A program made the translations under genes and the position numbers. Positions 36,901 to 47,700 of a stretch of 64,000 bases of DNA are shown here, piece by piece (the first letter of the stretch is position 1; each line of letters opens with the position of its first letter). The notes beneath the pieces were generated by a model that saw only the letters and a list, made by a program, of their open reading frames with translations, was not told the origin of the DNA and searched no databases. Origin of the DNA: Tubulanus polymorphus (Eukaryota > Animalia > Nemertea); the NCBI RefSeq assembly GCF_964204645.1, contig NC_134026.1, positions 18,262,150-18,326,149 on the forward strand. The letters run 5' to 3'.

Positions 36901-39900
36901 AAGCCAAAAACATACAGCAAGGAAAATCCGCCAAATCAGTCAAATGCTGCTTATTTTGGTGTTTTTCTGAATATTGCCAAACTGGTTAAACCAAAGGTGT
37001 TTTTTTCAGAATTGCTAGACAAGAATCAGACTTATTTCATGATACAATTCTGCTGCCACAAAGGATTCATGCAAATGAATCCTGGATTGACAAGATCAAA
37101 TCATGAAGCACCGCTAGATTAAACCACTGCCTTGCTTCATGGTGTAATGTTCATCTGGAACCCTGAGGTTTTTGAAATCAAAATACTTTCTATTGTCTTT
37201 TAACGCAGCATCTACTGAAGCCATGGAACATAAAACATGAAAAGGATAATGAAAGTTGAATGGAAAACTACAGGCACGAATTGTTTCTAATGAATCGAGA
37301 TCAATTTACTTATAATTGATGTCTGGAATTTGTAACTACTATTCCTTATCGCATGCGTTTGGCCTTAAAACTATCATACCTATACGATTCTGGATGAGAA
37401 AACACATTCACTAAACATTCTATAGCAGTATCAAACAACTGTACGTCACCAAGAATTTTAAACACTTCCTCAATCAGTGACATAGCATCAGTCATTGGAA
37501 GACCAAACTGCACCCACGCAGAAAAACAACGAATAGCTTGATTCATGATGTCTGGAGGGGTCGATGATGTCATTATATTCTGTAGGAGTGGCAACACTGG
37601 AATTAGAAATCATTTTATTTGGATAAGTGTCGTGATACGCAAATCTTTTTATCTTTGCATCAGAGTTATTGACACGTTTTCGTCTATCTCTTGTCCACAA
37701 AGTATGTACATCTTTTTTTAAAGGGACCCCTATATTTGATTGCTCACGGCATCCATGGCATTTGTAAAAATTTCTATAAAATGGTGTGGGCCTATACATC
37801 TGGAGAAATTACTGATTCTAAATGAAAACATGAACAAACCTTGTTGAAGCCCTTTCTCTAATTCAACTCGCACAGTTGATCTCCTCATTTTTGTCAGATT
37901 TGCTGTGAAAAACTAAAATAAACCAAATAAGATTCCATCCATGCATTGATAATTGTTTACCAGTTTTTCAATCAGAAACGACACAAATTCATTTTCAAAC
38001 TAAGCACAAACCTCTTCTGGTAAAACTGTTAACAATTCTAACAATATACAACACGCATGACCAGCCTTAAAAAATAAATGATACAAACTCATCAAAGAAC
38101 TCCCTTAAACATGGGATGTTAACTCACAAAAATGAGATCAATTACCTGTAATTGTGGATGCTGTAAGTGCTGAAATGTGGTGACCATTTCAGAGACTGCA
38201 TTTGGCCACAGTTCCGGAGTAGCTTGAATAGTCAACACAGACAGCTGCAACAAAATCAAAACCAAATATCAACTCAAAACATCTACACAAATCTAAAGCA
38301 GATAAATAATTGGGGTCATATGAATATTTCCACACCTTCCTGATATATTTGGTCGGGACTTATACCAGTGCCTTTCATTGGCTAATCAAAGAAATGTCCA
38401 TTTTACTACAATCTGAATATAGGATCAGTTGTCGGGTAGTCAAGGAGAGGTTTATATGAGCAGCAGGTTCCACATCTCTAGCAAAGAGGTGACTGCCACA
38501 AGACAGGGATGACAAACATTTCAATCAAGGGGTGATGAACATAGGTGAAAATGATATAGACCCTCCTTTCCTTTCACGCACATGTAATATATGGGCAACG
38601 CATTGTGGAACTCACAGTTATGCACATTCTTGTCAATACAATACGTGGGCCATTGGCATACTGCAGTATTTTGTCAAAAATCTTATGACGCAGTTCTGGA
38701 ACATGATCGGCAGGGACTTCATGCCTGAAAGTCCAAATAAACAGAAAATCAAATTAAGAATCAAGAAGTCTAACAATCTCAGTTTACAATAAATGTTTAC
38801 TTTAACTAGGGGTCCAGGGACACCGTCTCATATGTAAATGATATGTTCTCAACTTATATCAATTGTTAATTTTAATGAAAAATGGCAAACCATTAGGAAG
38901 CTAAAAGTCTCAGAATTCAAGCCAAAAATGACCTTTTCGGGCACAAACAAAGGTTTCAAAACAGCCAGCTTAGGTCCACTTGACCTAATTGATTGCGTCT
39001 TCAAAATTGTCCTTGAAAACTTCAAAAGTGTGTAAAAAGTGCTGAATTTGGGGAATGATAATGGCAGCCATCATGATTCTGACCGGGCCAGTTTTTGGGC
39101 TGGAGATATGTCTTGAGTAGATATGTGTTTAGACAATTTATCAAGACAATCCATTGAAGTGTCTTCAAAACTTGCCATAAGGACTGGATTCCGTCTACCG
39201 GCAGACAAACCGATGAATGGACAGGCGGATGAAAAGCGAATGCAACAGCCCAATGGGCTTTAAGTTCCAAGTGGGCTAAGATCACTTGGGTCAATCTGTA
39301 TCACATGTACCTACCTACCAGTATCAATCTAAATAGAATAGTGCCTGAGAATTCCACTATGCTTGGACTTCACAGACCTATGCCAGGGCTTGAAAGTGTT
39401 TACGATGCTAGTGGCATTTAAGTGCCAAGCCATCTTAGATCTGTAAATTATAAAACTCACCAAAATCTAGAGATCTTAATCTGTAAGCAATTTGCACCAA
39501 AAAATTGCACTTCTTGGCTCTAGAAAATCAAATAACAAAAACATACTAATTCATTGGGTAAAATATTTGAACTTGAATGTGGTGGATAGATTATAATATC
39601 CCACATTATACAAATTCAAAAGTTTAATTAGGGGTTCAGGGATACAAAGCCTACTTGGGAAAATTTAAGTCTGGTATGATAAAGTATTCCCATCAAAAAT
39701 TTCAATGTAATATGACCAACCATATGGAAGCAACAGGCCTAAGAATTCAGACCTAACTTGACTTTTAAGGTAGAAAAAAGACCGCAAAAGGGCCATAGTC
39801 TATCTTTTTCTCATCAATCCAGGGGATACATATACACACCAAACCGCGACACATTTGATAAAAGCATCTTCAGAATTTTCCATGAAAATTTGTTCAAAAA

Positions 39901-40665
39901 TTCCCGATTTTGGCAAACAACAATGGTCACCTGTCAGCCATCTTATTCTTGACTCTATCGGTACAAATTTTGGGATACAACTGTGTCTAAGGTAGATGTA
40001 TTGCGTCAATTGGTTGATTAGTCTTCCAGATTTCCCAAAAATAACTGGATTCCTTCTAAGGAAATACAGCAGAAATACGAAGTGAACCAGATCCTGTTAG
40101 TTCTAAACATTGTCAATTTCAAAATATCTCGTGAAATCGCTCCAAATTTGCATGAAACCATGAATAAATCAAGGAATGATATTGCACAGCCATTTTCAGC
40201 CTAAGAGGGACATTCTCAGCCTACAATGGTTAATCATATCACAGGACTTTTCAAATAATCTCTATTTTCACTAAATCCGTAGAAATACTTGTCAGCCCAT
40301 GTACCATACAAATCAATTATATTGTTAGATGATATCATTTTTCCAGTCTCAATTGGAATGACATATGCACATTCCACTATTTTCATGTGTACGAGGGCCA
40401 TACCTTGTCTGGAGTGAGGAGCTGCCAGCTAAATGTCCACGCTTCAGGTGAGATCTGTGCATGAGTTAACCAAGTGTTTGCCTCTCGTTGAATATTTACA
40501 TCACAATAAAACTGCTTCAGTGTCTATGAAGAAGACAGATACATCATGATATAAGGTATTTTAAAGGCCACACCCCAAACATGTATCAAAGTGCTTTGCT
40601 AATGTAGTCAGAAAATGTTTCTTCTCTTTTCTTACCTTTTCTACATTTTCTGCTGTAAACTCCAT
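21311..40665 (-). CDS. IPO13: Importin-13 (karyopherin-beta family), complete, 25 coding exons, 953 aa
   Basis: Exons (minus strand): 40665-40636, 40523-40404, 39519-39461, 38724-38616, 38244-38146, 38065-38012, 37912-37840, 37596-37380, 36760-36676, 36079-35951, 35742-35662, 35247-35106, 34993-34944, 34448-34199, 33261-33080, 30969-30943, 30850-30575, 29648-29568, 29150-29013, 28835-28683, 27441-27375, 22772-22714, 22371-22282, 22151-21970, 21419-21311. All introns are GT-AG with compatible phases (2862 nt in total). The protein (MEFTAENVEK...AWTFSWQLLTPDK...VQFFGANCLQIKISRFW...LLELLTVLPEEF...PGQYPCDETCSEMTFGFWYILQDDI...EKEQFRCYRQDIADTMMY...NKRKLREIIKEFTMLCRGLIGTEY) matches recalled IPO13 motifs. 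Confidence 0.95.
21560..21764. mobile_element. Palindromic (foldback) MITE in the last IPO13 intron
   Basis: CTGTATTGAGGGGTTGCAAA ... TTTGCAATCCTTCAATACAG termini with inner arms GACTCCATGATTTGAAAGTTTAACAAT / ATTGTTAAACTTTCAAATCATGGAGTC. Confidence 0.85.
23331..23465 (-). mobile_element. LINE (L2/CR1-like) 3' end remnant
   Basis: Minus strand reads FKSGVKTFLFEAAF (typical ORF2 C-terminus), then a short 3' UTR, AATAAA and a (CAT)n tail. Confidence 0.6.
23695..25409. mobile_element. Non-autonomous TIR element (CAGGTGCGGATCCAG ... CTGGATCCGTGCCTG) interrupted by a nested insertion
   Basis: Imperfect terminal inverted repeats with repeated AAAAGGGC / GCCCTTTT subterminal motifs on both sides of the nested element. 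No TSD confirmed. Confidence 0.6.
24099..25331. mobile_element. Kolobok-like non-autonomous DNA transposon with TTAA target
   Basis: TTAA|GGGGTCATGAAGAGGTTT ... AAACCTCTTCATGACCCCT|TTAA. Purine-start termini with TTAA fit Kolobok. Confidence 0.8.
25540..26110 (+). repeat. Diverged ~260-bp tandem duplication (2 units), probably within a TIR-element end starting ~25498
   Basis: AAATAAATTGCCCATGGGCAAAGTGTGGTTTACCTTGAAAGCTAGAG at ~25604 and ~25864. Confidence 0.85.
26434..26803 (+). repeat. Second copy of the 8008-8359 dispersed repeat
   Basis: Collinear, high similarity to 8008-8359. Confidence 0.9.
27827..27903. repeat. (TA)n microsatellite
   Basis: Long, nearly uninterrupted TA run. Confidence 0.98.
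29407..29527. mobile_element. Short Harbinger-like MITE
   Basis: Inverted termini GGGGCCAGTTGCCCAAAG ... CTTTAGAGCAACTGGCGCC. Confidence 0.6.
30370..30460 (+). mobile_element. tRNA-derived SINE head (degenerate)
   Basis: A-box-like TAGCTCAGTAG and B-box GGTTCAAATCC, without a full cloverleaf. Confidence 0.45.
31440..32830 (+). mobile_element. Helentron/HINE-like element with an internal ~150-bp tandem array
   Basis: About 5-6 diverged units of AACGCCCCCTGGTGACCATA...AATGACCTTGAAACTCACCACAATCATAG...GCAATTGAT...GTACCAATCTAAT, then GGCCATC(T/G)TGATTCTGACAGGGCC modules and a terminal hairpin AGCCCGCTGGGACTTAAGTCCCAAGTGGGCT before an A-run. Confidence 0.7.
34608..34888. mobile_element. piggyBac-like MITE with TTAA target-site duplication
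   Basis: TTAA|CACATTCACTGCC ... GACAGTGAATGTG|TTAA. Confidence 0.75.
38803..39280 (+). mobile_element. Older copy of the Helentron/HINE-like family; further fragments at ~39880-40060, ~40845-41600, ~27590-27760 and (minus) ~47890-47975
   Basis: Same GCCATCATGATTCTGAC...GGGCCAGTTTTTGGGCTG module and AGCCCAATGGGCTTTAAGTTCCAAGTGGGCT end. Confidence 0.6.
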
Positions 40666-41801
40666 GATCTTGGTCTTTGGGTTTGATTCACTTTCAGCAA
40701 CTGGAATGATGAAAATCTTAATGAATCATTCATGTAATTAATCAAGAGAAGCTCATATTCTAACAAAAAATCCAAGGAATCAGGAAACTAGGCAGGGTCA
40801 AGGGAAACAACAAGCCAACAAGGTGAAATGTTAGAAAATCCAGAAGCAAATGACCTAGAAACTCAACGCTATTATAGAACATATCATGATCTACAACATT
40901 GATTGTGATTACAAAATATGAATTAAATATAAATCATTTCATATATTTCAATATCTAACTCCCCTTGAGGTTAATAGGCCTATAATGGGCTATCCCAATT
41001 CCACATGACGAGCATTTGAAAGATTTCAAATTTCAACGCCCCTGACAGAAACCAATGACCTCAAAACGTTACAATTACAGAAAATGTCACGAAACAGTAC
41101 TATGATAAGCAAACCACAATATGATATGGAAATACTAAATTATTCCGGACTTATTTTCAATACCTGCTGGTGACGATATACAAAAATCCAATGACCTTCA
41201 TGACTCACTAGATTCATAGAACATATCACGAGCTACAATTTTGCAATTGATTGTGCTAACAACATTTGCCTAGGTATCAATACAATATGGAAATTCTGAG
41301 TTATTATGATTTTCAACGCCCCTGGTGACCATACAAAAACCCAAAGTAGGCCAATCTAATTCAATATTAAACTCCCCCTGGTGGTGAGAACAACTAGCAA
41401 ATCTAATTCCATGTGAGGAGATATTTCCTATGACAGTACTAATAATTATCAAATATCAAGACAATATAATTAAGATTTAAGTTAAAACCTGTTCATATTT
41501 TCCTCATAAGACCTTTTTCTATCATTGAATGAGGACTGATGACAAAAAGTAAACAGAAATGGAACGCTTGGACGTAAGTCCCCCAAGTCAAGTGGGCTAA
41601 AAAATATAGGTTTAGTGATACTGATCATGGATATAGGCCTAGGCCTAATACTATTATAATTAATTATGACAAGCCTTGTGGAAACAAGAAGTGTGTCCTT
41701 GAGTGACAATTCATTGCATCATCTTTTTTGCCAATAGCCAGCTTCTTGGAAAACGGGCGCATAGGCTACCAGCAAAATGCAGTAGAATTATCTGCCAAAT
41801 A

Positions 41802-42030
41802 AAAATTGGCCAGCTGATTATTCATGAAATTACGGGTACATAACGAAATGTCACACGGAGTGCCAGTGTGACAGATGCCTTCAAATCAACCACTGTTGAA
41901 GACGAAATTACTCAAAATTGGCCAGCTGATTATTCCTGAAATTACGGGTACATAACGAAATGTCACACGGAGAGCCAGTGTGACAGATGCCTTCAAATCA
42001 ACCACTGTTGAAGACGAAATTACTCAAAAT
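41802..42030 (+). repeat. 112-bp tandem duplication, two near-identical copies
   Basis: AAAATTGGCCAGCTGATTATTC...GAAGACGAAATTACTC repeated with an offset of 112. Confidence 0.95.
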
Positions 42031-42242
42031 CAAGGCATAGGCCTAATCAAACCATTCAATCACACAAAGGTATCACATTTTAATGAGTGAAGTTCAGTTA
42101 AAATGGGTTGGTCGTTGGTTTGGAGTGGTTGGATGTTGTTGCGCCGGGGGTGTTGTTAAGGGGCAGGGGGGCATGTTTGTGATTGATGTGTGGCCTGGGC
42201 TGCATTACTGGTCAATTTTGTTTTTAAGTAGTTAGTTTAAGT

Positions 42243-44333
42243 TAGGGATTTCAGGTCACGTGATCAAAATGTGTCATAATTAGCTTTTTCCACGCTTCAA
42301 ATTTTCAATCGCTCATAAAAAACGTATTCTATATCCGATTGAAGCCAAACTTGCTCAGTATACTCAATTTACCGGTTATTTGTTGTGGTGTAAATTTCAT
42401 GAGTGTATCTTGCCTAGTTACGGAGCAATAAGTCGTAGTTCGGCGCGCGTTGGCTCATTTCTAGGAAACAAGATGGCGGCCATGTTTGTTCATGCATTTT
42501 TCAAACACGTGAAAAACGCATGCAATTTTTTGGGTCAAATCCGCGAGCCGGCTGCTGATTGGCTGGATATTTGACCTCAGAATATTTTAAGAACATGTTT
42601 CAAGTAGAGCATGTCGGTGCGTGCAAGTTTTGGTAGGCCCTGTATCACTCGGAAAAAGTCGTAAACATAATTCGAAGTGCTCATACGCTAAAATTAATAA
42701 TTTTAACAACTTGCACTCTACTACATGATAAAATAAGATACTTTATATATTGTTTTCAATTATTACTTTTAAGATTGATTTAGTAGTCTTTCGCGGATTT
42801 TGACCTAAAGTCGGCAAGGCGCTTCAAATTGTTTACATCCGGGTCACTGCCGGCTCACACCGGCTGCCAGCTGATCAATCAAAACACTTCCTGGTTCATT
42901 TTTACCACTCTAAATGTCAATTTAACAAGTAAAACGTCACTTTCACTCAATAAACTCATACTTTATTACGAAATCGGCAATATATAAGACGAATAATGGT
43001 TAGGCCTACCCAATTTAAAAACTTTGTGTATTTTGCACAAGAATCCAAGTTTTGTCTAAATTTTAGCTCACTTTTTGCTAAAAAGAAATTTTATTTTTCC
43101 TATCTGCTTCACCTTTAGGTAACCATCTCATCTTGAATACTAGGATATCCCTCTGAAAAGCAGTTGTTATTCATTTGTTCATGGTTTTTCAATTCCAATT
43201 GTCGACCCTTTCGCTAAATAACTGTCGCTGCTAGGCCTAAAATACCCACCAACCAGTGGTTAATCAAATAGATTCTAGAGGATTATATTATCAATTTTCT
43301 TTTTCATTCGAATGACTTGCCTAGAAGGAGAGCTTTAATTAGATACCAAACATGACATACTTTTTTAAAATTGACTTTCCGATAAAATATCGACGCAAAA
43401 CAAGATGGCCGCCATTCCTCGAGCCTCAATTTGAGATATCATGATATAGATATTTCATGGGTAAATCTGTTAGGGCCTAGGGATATCTAAAGAAAAACAA
43501 AGGCTTTTCCATTCATTTCAATTTGATTTAATTTCGGAAAACCATGTAGTACGTAGATCTCTTCAACGCTTTATCCTATTCTTCTGCGGCAAGTGAGTAT
43601 CTGAAATATAATGATATTATTAGTATCTTTTATTTCAGAAGGCTTTAAAACATTGAACTTATCCACTAAGATTAGTTATTTCAAATAATAAAGGTCTATA
43701 AGGCCATATCGAATCAACTAAATACATTAAAGATGTAGTTAATTAGATTCAAGATGGCCGCCTTGATACTTACCTTATGGTTACCGTGGTAATCGGTATC
43801 ACCCTGATGCACGATATCTTCGGTATATTATCTCAAAATTGATATTCCATGTCTTAAGTATCATTTATCTTGAGAAATAAACTATAGTATTGCGTGTTAA
43901 TGGTTATAGAAGTGGGTATTAATTAGATAATTAGTATGCAAATTAGCCTAATTTACATATTTGTGCAATTACTTACATGAATCTAAACAAACTTTGTATA
44001 GACAACATACTGACCAAGTTTGGTTTTAAACAGATAAAAATTCTCGGAGTTATATTGGTTTTAATGTTAAATTTAATTCCTTTATCTGGCTAAAAAGCAG
44101 CAAAACCTAGACACTTCCTGTCTGTTACTTTCATTGGAAATGAACTAAAGTGTATTGCGCAATCGAATGACAAAAATACCCCAAATTTCCACCCTTAGAT
44201 TGCTTATAACTTTTGAACCGCTTGACCAATTTCGATTCTGTAAAGTGCTGTATGCTTATGCTATCCCCTTCTTCATTTTAAGCTATTAGAAAGACACATA
44301 GGACACATAGAAATTTTCAACCTGAAATCCCTA
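42243..44333. mobile_element. ~2.1 kb non-autonomous hAT-like DNA transposon
   Basis: TIRs TAGGGATTTCAGGT ... ACCTGAAATCCCTA flanked by TTTAAGT on both sides (42236-42242 and 44334-44340). No long ORF. Confidence 0.8.
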
Positions 44334-44419
44334 TTTAAGTTAGATGTTAAATACTACTACCGGTAGGAAGAAGCCTACTATTACTAATTCTAAAGACTAA
44401 ATGCGTTTTTCTATTCTAA

Positions 44420-44793
44420 CCTGTCTTGCTATCTAGGCCTATCGTGAACTATAAAGAAATACCCAAATATATTCGTTATCAATATGTAACCTTTTAAAAG
44501 AGATTTTACATTTTCGACCCCTACAGCCTGGGCCTAATGTAAAGTGAGTTAATACTCTCGACACCAGGTGGCGATACCAGACGGGCGTACTCGCATATTC
44601 TCGATGATCGGGTCCGTTGTTGGGACGAAGAGCCGATTCGCAATCGGATTTTTTTTCATTAACCACACACCGGGTAAAGCCGTATCAAAAATAATACAAG
44701 CCCAAGATTACTAACGCTAACATATATGCACACAGCGTTCATCCGTTTACTATGAATTGAATTGAATTGAATGATTGAATGGGAGAAACAAAA
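44420..44793. promoter_or_regulatory. Putative bidirectional promoter / 5' UTR region shared by IPO13 and XPO7
   Basis: Locally CpG-rich region directly upstream of the XPO7 ATG. The IPO13 ATG exon begins with an acceptor at 40701-40702, so it needs an upstream exon; candidate minus-strand donors lie at ~44420 and ~44490. TSSs are not determinable from sequence. Confidence 0.55.
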
Positions 44794-47700
44794 ATGGCGG
44801 AGGATCAGGTGCGGTATTGGTTGCGTGAAAAAATGTCTGTTTAAGGACCGTAACGCGAGGCTTGGCTTATTTCTGTGAACGCTAGTTAGTGGATGGAATG
44901 AAGTAGAATCGTTTCATCGGATAAGCGTTGAATGCAAGCTCTTCTCCGCTTATATCTAGCGCCGTTGAAATCGTCGTTGGCAGTGAAAAGTAGTCTGTGC
45001 TGACCCCGTTCACAGATGACAGTGAATCTGTTCTGTTGGTTTTGTGATGATTATAGTACCGTTTAGCCTCTGAGAATGAAAAGCTATCGAAAAGACTCTT
45101 AAATTTCATTTCTGTTCCTATTATTTTCAAATGTTGTGAACGGTACTTATTTTTTCCTGACCATTTTTTCCCTCTGTGTTGGCGTCCCTCGAGCCTTGGG
45201 TACACGGCTCAAACTAACAAGAGCGGTGTAGTAAATGACTGAGTGGTTAAAGCTGCTGGTCTCATCCAGGATTCATGGGTCCTACTGGTGGCGACCATTT
45301 CTTTAGACTTTGTCAAAGGTTCTCTTCCCTTCATTTGGTATAAAGAAACATCGAACCCTCATAGGCTACATGTTCTGTTCAGCACTCAGAGTTTTGAGGT
45401 TAAAAACCAGTCCTAGTGCCCTTTCCTAAGTGGTGCCATTGTGAAATTTTGACTGCTCAATACCAGTAGTGCTAAACTTTTAACTGTCTAATACCCACTA
45501 AATTTTGTTTTCTACTCGAGTGATGAGTTGATATTGATATTATTGTGACGACCTGAGTTCAGACCGATGGAAAAAATTACTTAAAAGTCATAAATTTGGG
45601 ATTTATTTTGGCAATCATTCTTTCCTCATTCAACTATGACTGCTGCCAGTGCCCCACGTATCATAACAAAGTATCATGTCATAGAGTACTAATTCTGTTT
45701 ATGCATGTTAGGTCTCTCCGAACCCATGTGTTAATTTTTTATCTATAATCAAATTGCTCCCTTGGTAGGGATTAGTACCCGATAGCATTGAGAGTCTGGC
45801 ACTGCACGAACCCCTGCACAAATAGACCCAGTACTCATACTTGCTCCTTTATGTTCTAATTTTCAAACATTCCCTGGTGCCGGGGGGGGGGGCATTCTCA
45901 GAACACCTGACTATGCACCTTCGGCACGTGCACCAAAAGTTCCGCTTTGGTGAAAATCAAACCGCCCAGACCGATGTTATAGGCCTATTCCTGCACCTAT
46001 TCCTGCAAGTGAATGCACCCTTTTCAGCTGTGGTGACTGTATTTTCATTGACTGGTCAATTTTGTTTTGCAGGAACTCGCACAGTTAGAGGTGCTATGTA
46101 AACAGCTTTATGAAACGGCCGATGCTAATATTCGTTCTGAGGCCGAGAAGGCGTTAGTGCTGTTTACAAATTCACCTGATTGTCTCAATCGATGTCAGTT
46201 ACTTCTCGAGAGAGGCGATGTAAGTATTGCCCTTTCACCTTGCTCTGAAAATCTTTATAGCTCTTTGAGAAGATTTTGTAACAAAAGTATTCAGTAAATT
46301 CTTTAGGGACCAATCATTCACCTAGTACGTACACACACTCTAGTAAAAAAATGTTTCATCCAAAATGTACTAATCAAATATTCATGCTAGAGAGCCTTCT
46401 AATTATGCTCTTTTTTTGCGTACGGATGATGGGTGAGCCAGGTAGTTAAAAGTTATAAATTGTCCTACATGAAACTTCTCTTTTCTTACAGTCTGCATAT
46501 GCCCAACTTCTTGCAGCTACAACGTTGAAAAAACTAGTTTCAAGGCAAAATGTGACGTTGCCCCTTGAGCAAAGAATATACATACGTGAGTAGTAGTATG
46601 AATAGATCATTCAAAATGTACAAGTCCTAACATTCTTAACATTAACCAATTTGATATTGGTAAATAGATTTACATATGCTCCTGCTAAATGAAGTGAGAT
46701 AAATAAGGGAGATAACCAACATCATACTATCAAAAATATATGTTAGAGAGCTTGGCCGAAATTAAGAATTGATTATAAAATTGTCTACATAACCATTGTT
46801 ACAGGTGATTATCTACTTAACTACTTGGGAACTAGACCAAAGTTAGCAAACTTCGTTCAACAGAGTCTAGTGCAGGTAACTGTACCTCAAATAACTTCAC
46901 ATTCGGTGCGCTGAAATTTCATTTCAGCAGATTAAACAATGAATTTGGATTTGAAAAGATTTTCCAATCACAATTTTATAATGGTTGTTTTGCAGTTATT
47001 TGCTCGTATTACAAGGCTTGGTTGGTTCGAACAATCTGTAGTCGATTCGAAAGATGAATATGTTTTTCGAAACGTCACTAGTCACGTTAGTAAATTTCTG
47101 CATGTAAGTATTGTGCAGTCCTACCTACGAGAGCAGGCTACTATATTCTTTTTGTAATGATAAGATATTCAAATTCAACCCTTAGTTTTTTTTTGTCTGT
47201 GTCCCTTAGAATTCATTCCCTTGCTATTGCGAAAATATGATACAGTAGACTCCCAAGGTGAATCCGATCAACTCGGATAACCGTTCAATCAACTCAGATG
47301 TAAAATACGCAACATTCAACTCGGATATCACTCAAATTAGACACGTTTTTACGGTCCCAAAAGATCGACTTGAGCGAAGTCTGCTGTAATACATTTTCTG
47401 GTATTTGTAACTAGAGCTACTTTACCTGTCGCGACTGTCCAGAAATCAGATTGAATTGTTTCCCAGAATCCATCTTCACAATCTTCATCTTCATAATCCA
47501 TTTCCCAATTCAACGTTAATTATTTTCAGAGTCCACAGACAGAACATGTAATGATTGGTGTCCAGTTGCTGTCACAGTTGGTTTGTGAAATCAATCAAAT
47601 CAGTGAGGTAAATACTACCACTATTCTTGACAGAATCTTTTATTTTCAAGAACATTCAGATGACTGACCCTGATCTACTGTATAATGACTAAACAATCTC

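Noticed and set aside
42104-42175. G-rich tract as a regulatory G-quadruplex
   Set aside because: G-runs are irregular with long loops, and nothing distinguishes it from low-complexity sequence.
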